From Octopus sinensis (lineage: Eukaryota): a stretch of 64,000 nucleotides of DNA. The translations under genes and the position numbers were made by a program. Location: contig NC_043015.1 in the NCBI RefSeq assembly GCF_006345805.1, positions 12,834,001 through 12,898,000 of the forward strand. Direction: 5' to 3'. Under the pieces are notes generated by a model. That model was not told the DNA's origin. It searched no databases and worked only from the letters and a program-made list of their open reading frames with translations. Shown piece by piece: positions 25,660-38,617 of the stretch; position 1 is the first letter of the stretch; each line of letters opens with the position of its first letter.

Positions 25660-26320
25660 AAAAATTCCAGAGAAGCTTCCCACTGATTTGATGATAAGAT
25701 TAATGCAGTTTCATAGCTTTAAAAATAAACCTAGATGATACTAGCATGACTTGAACCAGGTCAATTTGGAAACAAAAATGAGAAATCCGCGTCTACAACA
25801 TTTTACTGCAGCTTTGTTATTTAGCTACTGACAGCAAATTAAATCCCATGATTATTGTTGAAAGTAAAATAATTCCAAAAAATGTGAAAATCCTTTCTTG
25901 AGTTTTTATTCTCTGTCACCGTAAAAGCAGAATGAATGGGGAAGACAGAGGTTTATGGCCAAGAAAAGTATGAGATAAATGATCTGAAGCAATTTTTAAG
26001 AAACTTAACAATGCTGGTATGGAACTGACATTATACATATTGAAAGATATGAAAGCTATAATTCTATGTGTCTAGTTTGACAAGTGTTCTTCATGTTTTG
26101 AATAAAATCATGTATGAAGTTGGGAGGCACTGAATATCATGAGTATCATCTGATGAAGCTAAAAAAAGAATCTAAAAAAAAAAAATAGTCTTGCTACTGC
26201 TGTCACCTGGGTTAAAATAGCTTGGAATGCTTTACCAGAAGATGGTTTCCAAGAGATTAAAAGCTAGTTATCAGTAATAAATTGGATGAAATGGAAGACA
26301 ACTTGCCAGGGAATGATCAA
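25660..26320 (+). mobile_element. Degenerate pogo/Tc2-type (DDE_1) transposase relic
   Basis: ATDSKLNPMIIVESKIIPK (25824, compare ADGTKLPPMIIFKRKTMPK), TWVKIAWNALPED (26205) and VISNKLDEMED. Confidence 0.7.
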
Positions 26321-26899
26321 GATACAACTACAAACAACACTGGACACTTAAAAGATGATAAAATGATGGATGGAACACTGATGAAAAGCTAAATGAAGAA
26401 GTGTGGTTGGAATTATTTGAAGAATCAGATAATCCAATTAGACTTTGGTAGCTTTTAAGTGAGAAGTTCCTTTTATGAACAACTGTTTTTTAGGGTTTTT
26501 TGTTAACCTGAACTACATACAACCTTCACTTAATAGTTTTTAAACAAAAGTTACAGAACAAAGACTATTTGTGTTTTAGCTTGTTTTGAGTTTTTTTTTT
26601 ACAGTTTTTAAAATTTGCAGCTATATTACACTGGTGTCTTCAAAAATAATAATAGCTATGGCTATATTCAGAATTTACATTATATAAGAAAGATAAAGTA
26701 TATTACTAATTTTTAACTATAAAATACTGATGTTGCATTATATTTCAGAATGCATTGTACTTCAGCAAATTGAAAATTCTATGAGATATTTTAGATGTGT
26801 ATATATGCATACATGTGCACACAGGTGTGAAGACATATATATGTATGCGAACACACATACACATACCCACATGTGCTCACATATGTATGCACATACATC

Positions 26900-27150
26900 A
26901 AGGATCAAAGGTCCTTCTTGAGCCATAGGCTCAAAAGCTAGTTTCCAGATTCTGTAGCGTTTATATTCCCCCTGCTGGGCAGGATGCTGGTCCATTGCAG
27001 GATTATTCATTTTCCCAGCTAAATGGACTGGAGCAAAGTGAACTGAAGTGTTTTGTTCAAAAACACAATGTATCACCTGGTCCAAGGATCAAAATCACAA
27101 TCTTATGATCAAGAGTGCAATGCCCTAATCACTAAGCCATGCACCTCCAC
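26900..27150 (-). mobile_element. SINE family C (tRNA head plus gtgtttttgaacaaaacact core), diverged
   Basis: The minus strand starts gtgcatggcttagtgattagggc. Its head and core are shared with 43040-43300. Confidence 0.65.
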
Positions 27151-28558
27151 TGCACATACATGTACATATAAGAAATAAAAAGGTTGCACTGTCAGTGTTG
27201 ATGAGTATTCCAGTTTTCTGATCAACTGAACTACATCTACATTAAACTAACATGTAAATAACTAAATAATCCACAAACATGTATTTTTAATGTTATTTTC
27301 AGTCAGACTCAACACGACACAGTGAATAATAAGTTTTCTTTTAAATTACAAGTAAAATCAATCCAATAAGCTTCTGTAGTTTACGTCTACTCAATTTCAC
27401 TTACAATCTTGGGTCACTTCAAGACTACAGTAAAAGACACTCAAAACTGGGACCTTATGGTAGTGAAGCAAACGTCATAACTCCTCAGCCATGCTTGCCC
27501 TTCCCTCCTCACACATATTTATGTATGTGAATAAAAACCAAAGTCTAAAGAAACTGGTGGTAGTCTAAATCTCCAGGAAAAAAATCAGTAAATTCCTACA
27601 TATGGGAAGTTTATGTGATTCTAACATTCTGAGGAAGAGCCTGAAATGTTGGAAACTACAGCTCTATCTCATTATACAAAATTTGTTATATTTGCAAATT
27701 TTAGATACATACAATATCACTGCATGTTTTATACACATGCACACAATATTACACAAAATTGGTGGGAAAATATTCATTCAAATTAAAGGAAAAGGATTTA
27801 TTTAACTTCTCAGAGAAGAGGGTCTTCACTAAAAAGGAAATATATTATGAAGCTGAAATGATACTCTTTGCCTCTAGTTTCACATAACAATTTAATCACA
27901 GATATTATGATTATAGATTTTTAGTTGAATGAGTAGCATATTGCAGCATTAAACTTTTAAATGTTAACTGAAGAAGAATTAACACAGGAAGAGATCTGCA
28001 TCTTAAAATGCAATTTAATAATAGTCAGGTGATGTGTAGGAGTTTTCTAATAGCATTGCTACTTTTAAAATAAAACAGCATATTGTATTTCGATTTCTGG
28101 CAGGAGCCACATTATTCATGCAGTAATGCCATTGATAAAGGTACAAACATTACACAGTCTTATTTGGGGTCTTATGCCTATAGCAGAAATCTATATTTTA
28201 TAATGAACATATTTGGAAAAAAAAATCTATCATTTTGATTGTTGATTTCTAAAGGACTAGCTACTGTACATTTTATTCGTGTTGACAGCAAGGCAAGTAT
28301 TTTAAAATAATTACAAATCTAGTTATTACATGACAAACTCTGTGTTTCAATGTTCTACAATTTATTAAGGAAGAGTTTCAGAATAACATAAGTTGCTGAT
28401 ATCAATTACTCGACTGCACCTTTTTATATAGAACATGAGACATTTGAATATCTGGTTACTATGACTCAAGCAAAATTTCAGTACAGCTGATATTAAATAC
28501 TAACAAAAATATTTAAAAAAAAAAAAGTCATATATTAAACATAATCCCTTATAAATAA

Positions 28559-30183
28559 CTAGCAGCAATACCTGGCACTCCCCAAGTTAAAGATAGCAAT
28601 GAAATTTTAAAACACTGTCTAGATTATGCAGGTCTTATCTGCTAGTAGCTGAGATACCAACTTTCTACACTAATAACTCTGCAATTCATGCCAGCATGAA
28701 ACATAGACGTTAAGTGAAATGCGAAAAGAAAGTTTTCAACTCGTATATGTATATAAAGTAAATACACATAATTCAAAAACACGTTTTGTCTAACTTATTT
28801 CATAACCAAAAAACATGTACAGATTATAAACAATGAAAGGCCGTGTGTAGACTACACACACAAACAGACAACGAATTTATCATGTTATTGTTTCACTTTT
28901 ATACACACAGATATACATTCACGCAGGTCAGTCGAAAACTATAAGTGAAATAGTAATACCTTAACACTCAATGGTTTTACACTTCTGTATATGACATGGA
29001 CATACTATTCACATAAGTGCTTCTTCATATACTATGCTTTCTGTCTTGCCACGTTTATCATGTAGAGATTTTTTTTTGCCACGTTTATCATGTAGAGGTT
29101 TTTTTCATCTCCAACTCGAGAACATCCAACATACAGCTGAGCATGTGAGAAGCAGGGTTGAAGGAGGCTAAGTCCTACAACCTTTAGAGATTGACCTTGT
29201 GCTTTGTTGATAGATATTGCAAAGCTAAACCTCATCAGTGTGCTGTCTTTGAGATGGAGGACAATGTCACACTTGTCATGTTCTTGCCCAACCAGAAGCA
29301 CAGCTATTTCATTTACTGTTGGCACATTAAACATCCTTTCATGCTGACCAGACGGTTTCTAGTCTGATCTGATAACTACCTTGTAATCGATGGAGTCAAG
29401 TAGAATTGTTTCAAGTGCAGTCTTGAAGCTTCTGATCAGGTTGTTGTTGTTATGCAGCATCTTTTGCAGAGACACAACAATATTCATCCTGATGCCGGAA
29501 ATTTCTTGCACCACTCTTGCCCTTCTTGTTGAGAATCACCCATAAAATATATTTGGAGGAATTTTGGTGAGCCATTGGACAGAGGTAATAGAACGCCAAT
29601 CCGATGATAAACCTGACCTTGGACCTTGAAAGTTTGCATGAATCCTGGTTCAGTTATATCTCTTCTGGCTCCAAATGATGTAATCTGTAGTGCAGCATTA
29701 TACTAATTTTGTTTTGGAAGTGCTTGGAATCTCGGTCAGTTGATGACAACAGTTTCTTCAATGGCTCTAGAGTTTAACCTTTCCACCGCTGCAGCTCAGT
29801 GCGGGTGTCTCTCCAGACTACTTCTTGGCTTCACAATGTATGCACTCAGTTGTCATTGCACCAATGGAAACTCTAGTGTCATCTGCATAATGAACTGCTG
29901 GATCATAATTGAGAGCTGCTTCATAGAAGTTGCTTCTCTGAGCTGTTGCAATTGCTCTTCGTTCTGCGGTGGAGATCCTATTCCTTGTCAATTGTGCATA
30001 CCTCTGTTAACCACTTTGTGATGCTCTGACTTTTGTAGCACACAGTCTGTTCATTTCTTGGCATGCTTCCCTTTCTGCAGCTGTCTCTCTTTCCCTGGAC
30101 AGAGACATTCTTTTGATTTACCTTGATATTGTAGACAAATTTGATACTTTTCTTCTAGGCATGGTTATATATATATATACAGA
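28559..30183 (-). mobile_element. Helitron internal-deletion derivative (N-terminal region fused to the PIF1-helicase C-terminus)
   Basis: Minus frames from ATG 30162: MPRRK, CEAKK*SGETPALSCSGGKVKL, GFMQTFKVQGQVYHRIGVLLP and GQHERMFNVPTVNEIAV, then directly FAISINKAQGQSLKVVG and CFSHAQLYVGCSRV. Putative CTAG|T end at 28559 and A|TC start at 30183; both termini are tentative. Confidence 0.88.
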
Positions 30184-30789
30184 TATACATGAGTGGAGAA
30201 GATAGTAAACAATGAAAATAACATGCTAACAGAAATTATGGGACTGAACTCAAAACCATGTAGATGAGAAGCAAGCTTCTCATCACACAGCCATGCCTGA
30301 GCCTATGGTAATAATAAAAATTATGCTAAAATAGTTCTATCAAGTACTATGCTGGTGTCTTGTTACCTTTATATGTATAGATTAGAGGCCATTGCTACTA
30401 AATTTGAAGTGAAAAATGATAAAGAAAATATAAAAATAAATTAGATATAAGAGTATGTCCAAAATGTTGAGATCTTGTTTTCAGCACTTATCAGTCAGGA
30501 GTTAAAAAATAGTAGCACAAAAAGATATTGTATTAAAAAGTGTTACTAAGTAAGCCACAGAAAACGTTTGAAATTTGATATATGTAATACAATTGCCTTT
30601 ATTCAACTTCCATTAAAAAAGTCTTTAATTTATATTTTATTTCAAACTAGCTTGAACTAATTAGGATCATGATAAAATATTATCTTAAACATGATCTTTT
30701 TTAAATTTTGAAATATATATTTTCTGTATAGTTTCTTAGTACATATATAATATTAAGCAGAGCCATTTTTAAAAGCAGTTTTTCAAACT

Positions 30790-31205
30790 CATCATCATTA
30801 TTTAAACTCCATCTGATCCATGCAAGTATGAAAAAGTGGACATTATTTGAGGAAGATTCTCTACAACCGGATGCCCTTCCTGTCACCAGCCTTCCCCTGT
30901 TTCCAAGGAAGACATGTTCTTGCAATAATGGAAATGAATGACACTACTTGCATGACAGTAACACTCATTTACAAGTATCACATAATGTCATGATGAGACA
31001 CAAACATACACATATATACATACATATATTCACCCCACCCCATACACACACAATGGGCTTCCTTCAGTTTCCATTTACCAAGTCCATTCACAAGGCTTTG
31101 GTCATCCCAGGGTTATAGTTGAAAACACTTGCCCAAGGTGCCACACAGCGGGACTGAACCCAGAACCATGTGGTTGGTAAGCAAATTTACTACACAGTCA
31201 CGCCT
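30790..31205 (-). mobile_element. SINE family B, full length, with a 40-bp micro-inversion in its tail
   Basis: Head at 31040-31205, microsatellite and body match family B. Segment 30805-30844 is in the opposite orientation. Confidence 0.8.
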
Positions 31206-32384
31206 GCACCTACTGAATTATTAAACAGATAGAGAAATCTCTACTTCACACAAAAACAATTATCCTTACAGTACTGTTTCTCATTTTACTGAAACCATTT
31301 TCATCACATTTTAAATAAATGATTACTACAATAATAAACCATAATAATTATCCTAGACTATACTTGAAAAATTAAGAATTTAAGGCATTTTTAAAGAATT
31401 CTGGGAGGGTGTCATATCAACTTGAGAATCTAAATATTTTCCCAAATTGCCTCTCTTTCTTGGGTAAAGGATGTATTAAATAAAATTTACCAGTTAAGGC
31501 CCATTAAATATTCTTTCCCAGTATAGCAAAATGAGAATACTGTTAAAAACTTGTGTTGACTAAGAAAATATTGCAGCATTAACAGTATTTTTTCTTAATA
31601 TTTTTTTTTTGTTTTTGTTTTTTGCTAATTTTCAGCTCAACTTTAGCTTGAAAACATATCTGGCATTTTAAGAACCGCTAACATGATGGTATTTCAGAAA
31701 TGATTTTTATTACTTGAGTAAAGATTCTCATTCATAAATCTGTTTCTTCAGTTAAAACTTAATGGAAAGTCTAAGAACAAAAAAGCAAATGGTTTACTCA
31801 CAAAATTAAAATCAGAAGAATTAGTAAATTTTTTTTCAACAAGATAATAACTTGGAGAATCTATTTTCTTTTATGTATTACACATCTCCATTTGTACATT
31901 ACTGCATATACTTTATATGCACTTTCTGACAAGTTGTGGTGCACCTGAGCACTGTAGACAATAATTTCATTATTATATTATATAATTTCACTTAAAAAAA
32001 AAAAAAATAGAGATAATGTTCAATCCCAGGTCAACTCTGATCAAGTAGACTTATTAAATGTATTCCAACTGTATTTCTACTTAACTGGTAAATCATGTTT
32101 TTTAATGCTATGTAAAACTACATTATCTACCTCATCCTTCTTGAATTTAAGATGGTAGACTGTGCTTTGAGTGAGATTTGGCAGTTATTCCAAGCAAGTG
32201 ACTATATAGTGCTTCTTTAATTAGCTAGAGAGATTTACAGTTTAATGGATAGGTGAGCAACGGACCAAAAAGATGTTAATGTTTAACTCTTTTGCATTCA
32301 GATGACTTTGTCAAAAGTAATGCTCATTTATTTACATTGTGTTGACTTATTCACACATTATCTAATAGAGGCTGGATATTTTTT

Positions 32385-32772
32385 TCTTTTTTTTCTTTTA
32401 CTTATTTCAGTCATTTGACTGCGGCCATGCTGGAGCACTGCCTTTAGTCGAGCAAATTGACCCCAGGACTTATTCTTTGTAAGCCCAGTACTTATTCTAT
32501 CGGCCACTTTTGCCGAACTGCTAAGTGACGGGGACGTAAACACACCAGCATCGGTTGTCAAGCAATGCTAGGGGGACACACACACACACATACATATATA
32601 CATACATATATACGACAGGCTTCTTTCAGTTTCCGTCTACCAAATCCACTCACAAGGCATTGGTCGGCCCGGGGCTATAGCAGAAGACACTTGCCCAAGA
32701 TGCCACGCAGTGGGACTGAACCTGGAACCATGTGGTTGGTTAGCAAGCTACTTACCACACAGCCACTCCTGA
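32385..32772 (-). mobile_element. SINE family A, full length, CpG-retaining (young)
   Basis: Head begins caggagtggctgtgtggtaagtagc and matches 162-562 along its length. Confidence 0.92.
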
Positions 32773-32909
32773 CAGGTTTAATTGCTAAAGAGTTAACCCT
32801 AATGTAAGAAAGATATATTGAACATCTTTTTTAAGGGCTCAGGATAAGTTTATAATTTTCAGTTTGAAAATATTCCAGTCTATCAACTGTTTTCCCTATC
32901 TTTCTCTAG

Positions 32910-32951
<42 letters not shown>

Positions 32952-34649
32952 CAGTAGGAAGAAATAGTTAAAAATTAGAAAATCAGCGCTTTCACAAACT
33001 TTTCATGAACATAATGTTTTAAGAAACCTTAAATAGCAACTACTTCCATGAATTAATCCCAACATTTTATTATTTCCATCCAATTAGTATTCAGAAATCT
33101 ATTCTCAGCTTTAGTATGAAACAAAGACACAGCTAAGCTATACTTTCTCTTATACTACCCACAATCTTTTTATTATTTTCACTCTCTTATGAATCATTTT
33201 TTAAAACCCTGGTGAATATTCAGCATCACAGGTGTGATAATACAGAACTGAGATGTGTAGAGTGATGCTGTAATGTAATTATAAATTGATCAAAACTCAG
33301 GCACAGTTCAAACTGTGTGTCAAGAGAATTAATACAGCAACAATAAACAATTTTCTTGTACACATATTTCATACCCTCACCTAACTTTATTATTTAACAA
33401 AAGAATTTACAGGTCAAGCATATCTATGACCAAAAGCATTCCAGTTATGACCATCACTGTTGTTATTTTGTTCAAGGTTGGCTATGACTGATCATATCTT
33501 CTTTAGGTAGTAGGGTGAAGCTTAGATTTGACTGCTATTTCTAGTAGGTGAAGTGACTACATAGAAGATAACTCATCATTTCTGAGTTATAGCTTTTGTG
33601 TTGTGTTGTTTATGTTTAAATTACCACTCTGCCATGTTTGCCCATTAAAGAGATGAAGCTATATGAAGGAATAGATTGGGGGAGTCTATCAACTTAACTA
33701 TATTATAATTAGTTTAGTTAATGTTACATAGAGGCAGCACAATAGAATTCAAAGCTAATATTAATGATACTGAAAATAGTAGCACATGGGAAACTGAACT
33801 AAATTGCTCCCAGCCTACACATTAACTTCTTACACTTTTCTGTGTAAGCAAGTTTGCAATTGAAAAGAAAACTGTTCAGAGTTCCAGGAGCTGCAGTTAA
33901 GAAACACACACACACACACACAAAAAATCATCTTTTACGTCTACTTTTTTTTAAATACTAGCATGAGTTGAACGAGTCTCACAGTGTTTTGCTGTTTGTT
34001 GAAGTCTTTGCTGTTTGGTCTGCAGGGCAACAGAGAAACCTAGTAATCTTTGTTGTGTATATCATATGTTTGGCACTGCTTTTATGGCTGGATGCCCTTC
34101 TTACTACCAATTACATAACATAGACTGGATGCAGAACACCAGCAAAAATTTCAATGGAAGATTAAGTAAGCCTCTTTCAGAATTCAGTTTTCTAAAACCA
34201 TATTTTGAATTTAGTGTTATCAACATATTTGCAAAATACCTTACTGTTCAAATCAAACTATGACAGGAGTATTCCTTATTCCATATAAACAGCATACTTA
34301 TATGAGTTTAGAAAGACTGATTGTATTTTGTGTTGGGGGTTTATTTCACTGACTTCCATGTTGAAGTTCTGCTCAGTTAAAGCTAGTTTCATATACATAA
34401 CAATGCCAACATGAGAGAAGCCTTGGCCTACGATGCATGTGTTACCTAATTAAATAAGTTTTTTTTATACATTCAGTGTCTTTGCAAATCATTATATCAA
34501 CTAGTACCAAGCATGAAAACTATACTAAGTGACAGTACTAACTCAATTTACAACCTTTTCTGTTACATTAATAATAGTGTCCTTAACCTTTCCCTCTTGG
34601 AATGGATAGTAGATATTTTATTTCTCTGTAACTAGATGTTGCGTGTGTG

Positions 34650-34900
34650 ATGGGGGAGGTTACCTCCTTGTCTTGATACTGTGTGGTATTTGTAAATGAG
34701 TGTCCTGTTACACAAGTAGTGTTAGTCATTTTCAATATTCCGCAAAATCGTGTCTAGCCATACAAAAATATTACCTTGCTTAGAAACAGGTGAGGGTTGG
34801 TGGCAGGAAGGGCATCTAGGTGTAGAAAATCTACCTCAAATAAACTCTGTCCAACCCATGCAAGCATGGAGAAATGGATATTAAATGATGATAATGATAT
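34650..34900 (+). mobile_element. SINE family B body and RTE tail
   Basis: ggtgagggttggtggcaggaagggcatctagg ... ccaacccatgcaagcatggagaaatggatattaaatgatgat. Confidence 0.8.
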
Positions 34901-35799
34901 ACATATTGTTCTTTGTAAATTCCATTGAATGATTGTTCAAAATTATGAAAATTTGAATGAATGACACCTCTTCTAATATAACATATGACCAAGTACTTGA
35001 AACTAGTCTATGAGCGCAAATTCCCAACCAAGAAAAAAAAAAAAGGCATAATTCTTCTAAAAAGAAATCAGTTCTCAAAAACAGATGCTTGTGCATATGT
35101 ACACACTAATGTGTATATATCCTTAAGGAATGTTATTTTAAAAATATATATTTTATATATAAACAATGGTGTTCTAAGTACAATGGTTTCAACAGATAAA
35201 CTAAGTAGTTTTGCTTCCTTCATAACAATTTTCCCTGATATCTTAGAAGAGAGAACTAAGTATTTTTGCTTTCTTCCTAAGGATTCTCCCTGATCTCAAG
35301 GAGAGAAAACAACTAAGTAAAATGATCACATTTAAGCAATTTCCTCACGTTTCTGCTTGCCCACACATTATTAGTTAAGGGAATAAAATTAAAATAAAAG
35401 CTCTTTGACCTTTAAAAGGACTTTTACTTTTCTACTGCAGTGAATGTATACACTTGAGAAAACAAACTTATCTTAATTATGTTCTTCAAACAATCCTGAG
35501 TATTCATTGTCAACTGAAAATATAGTTTACAAGTTAGACTAGTGCAGCTTTCAAAACTTGTGCTAAAGTGATTAGCAGCAAATAAAATTAATCATTCATT
35601 CCATATCAGAACAGGTCACACAAAGTCCAATTTTATGGGTGGTAATCTTCTCACTATCAAGCCTTGCCTATTTTTTTTATCCTACAGATCTTTGAAAGCA
35701 GGGACCAACATGTCATATCAAAGATATTTCATACAAACAGTAGAATGCAATGCTGTAGGATATCAACATTTACACACATTTGTACACACACATACATAC

Positions 35800-35945
35800 A
35801 CATGATAGGCTTCTCTCAGTTTCTGTTTACTATATCCACTTGCAAGGCTTTGGTCAGCTTAGGGCTGTAGCAGAAGACAATTACCCAGGGTGCCATAAAA
35901 CCGAATTGAATATGAAACTAAGTGGTTGAGAAGCAAGCTTCTTAA
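35800..35945 (-). mobile_element. Diverged family A/B SINE head
   Basis: ggcttctctcagtttctgtttact ... caaggctttggtc ... agcaagcttcttaac. Confidence 0.65.
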
Positions 35946-35952
35946 CCTCACA

Positions 35953-35984
<32 letters not shown>

Positions 35985-36776
35985 CCAGAGACAAAACTAC
36001 ATTTCTGAAATACTAGGACAGTTGACAAGATTCTAACTGAAACATAGTAATAATGGAATATTGTTCCTACATCCACCACAAAAGCACATGGCTGATTGAT
36101 AAATATTGATCAATACACTTCAGCCTTTAATCCACAGGCACATTGCTTCTTCACATAGCTTTTTCTTCTGCTATAACAATAAGCTCTGACTCTCAGATCT
36201 ACTGTGTGTATATGTACATAAGTCATAGGTGTTTTACTTAGAAAAACTAAGTGAGAAAAAATCACACAGCTTATCTACTGAATCTTGCTCTAGTTTTGAA
36301 TTTCGCAGCATGCACTAATGACCACACATGTCCACAAAAAAATGACTGAGCAAGTAGAGCAGGTTATTGATGTCACTACTCTTTATATGAATACAGGTTT
36401 TGTAAATAAGAAACAAACACAACTGCTTCGGCAGAATTCAACTGTGCTACAAAACAAATGCTATGATATGCAAGGCTGTCCAAATTTCCTGCCTGTTTAT
36501 GTATAGATTTGCTTGTAAAAGCATTAAAAAAAAAATTCATTCAATTCTAAAAGTAAAAAATGTCAACCCTCTTAAAAATAATCAAACAGAAAGCACTAAA
36601 AGAATAAAAAGGTTGGTTTTAAATTGTGAGTTACTGAATATGCTGAAGGGCATGGAAGCCATAGTGCTGAGAAAGAGTTATGTGTGCCAGCAGAAATAGT
36701 GAGGGGCTGACTGACAGAAGCCCAAGAAAATGCCAAAAGCAAAATGTGCTAAATGATATGAGAAATTGTATAACAG

Positions 36777-36818
<42 letters not shown>

Positions 36819-37289
36819 ACACGCATATGTGAATTATGTGTGGGGGGAGTTGTCGACATCTACATGACTAGAGGCTATTACAACAAAAATATTATAGCTA
36901 TCCATGATTACAAGTAAACATAATTTTACTCAAAATGTCATGCCTCAGCTAGTGTTATATCAGTGATCTGGTAATGATGATTAACTCTCCCCAATAATTC
37001 TATAATCTCAAGAAACAACTGTGTGGATATTATAAACAATTTTTTTTTTAAATGAAGATCATTAAAATATATTTTGTAAATGTTTATTTCATTTTGATAG
37101 TCTTGTACAAAATCACTTCTCTATCAGCTGGATGAAAGCTTACCGCTCTAAGATATTGCAAGTCAGTCTATCAGGTGTGACAATTTAAAAGCACTGGTTG
37201 GTCTGTTTGTTTCATGCAGAAATCACAGGAACAACTGCAATGATCTATGTTTCAAGGAGATTTGGATTACCTCAGCTAAATATTTTTAT

Positions 37290-37735
37290 TGCTGTCATGC
37301 AAGTCTGTTTTCCATGCTAGCATGGGTTGGACGGTTCGACTGGGGTCTGGGAAGCCAGGAGGCTGTACCAGGCTTCAGTCTGATCTGGCAGTGTTTCTAC
37401 AGCTGGATGCCCTTCCTAATGCCAACCACTTTGTGAATGTAGTGGGTGGTTTTTATGTGCAACTGGCACAGGGGCCAGAGGAAGCTGGCAACGGCCATGA
37501 TCGGTTGGTGCTTTTTATGTGCCACTGGCACAGAAGCCAGTCAAGGTGGCGCTGGCATTGGCCACGTTTGGATGGTACTTTTTACGTGCCACCAGCATGG
37601 GTAAAACAACTACAATTTCAATTCGATTTTTATTTTGATGTTGATGTTGATGTACTTGACTCAATAGGTCTCCTCAAGTACAGCAGATCACCCTACAATC
37701 CAAGGTAAGCATAGCAGGTCGCCCTGTAAACGGTA
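37290..37735 (-). mobile_element. RTE 3' UTR copy, same variant as 2298-2710
   Basis: Shared gcttaccttggat ... gaggagacctattgagtcaagtacatcaacatc and three gtgcc/ggcac units. Confidence 0.85.
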
Positions 37736-38221
37736 TTCACAAAAGTGACATATGACTTGTGTACAAGTCAAAGGCCAAAGTCAAAATATTACATACACAG
37801 AAGGGACGTGACTTATCTACCATTGTAACTTTTATATCAATATATATGACAAATTCACCTACAGCTAAGCCTATCTGATACATGTGTCTCTCTCTACCTA
37901 TATAGTGTCTCACTAGTCTTGGAGGGTATGTGGAAGTCATGGGTACAATCCTTTCCTCCTGACTTAAGTGACTTGCACTTCCTTCTAAAATCTGACTCAA
38001 AGTCTTAAACCTCTACAGTCATTACACTGAGTCAGCAATGAAAGCAAAAACATCTTTAGTTCAGGAATTTAAGACAATCACTGATACTGGATTTTTTTTT
38101 TTTTAGCAAAGTTTTTAGAAAATTCTGTCGAGGAATTCTACATTCTGAATACACACCTTTTATCTACATTTCATAATCATAAGAGCTACCACCATTAAAA
38201 ATATACTTCTTTTTCTTTTCT

Positions 38222-38617
38222 GTAGCTGTGTGATAAGAAGCTTGCTTCCCTACCACAAGGTTCTGGGTTCAGTCCCACTGTGTAACACCTTGGGCAAATG
38301 TCTTCTACTATAACCTCAGGCCAACCAAAACTGTGTAAGTAGATTTGGTAGACGGAAACTGAAAGAAGCCCATCATATATATGTATATATCTGTGTGTAT
38401 ATATCTTTGTGTCTGTGTTTGTCCCCTCAACACTGCTTGACAACTGGTGTTGGTGTGTTTACGACCCCATAGCTTAGCAGTTTGGCAAAAGAGAATGATA
38501 GAATAAGTACCAGGCTTAAAAAAATAAGTTCTGGGATCGATTTCTTTGACTAAACCTTTTGGGGCAGTGCTGCAGCATGGCTGCAATCAAATGATTGAAA
38601 CAAGTAAAAGAATAAAT
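38222..38617 (+). mobile_element. SINE family A, full length
   Basis: A/B boxes, microsatellite and tail are all present. Confidence 0.88.

Noticed and set aside
27626-27665. CTGAGGA...GAAA spacing
   Set aside because: Only a 2-bp stem II, and no stems I or III.
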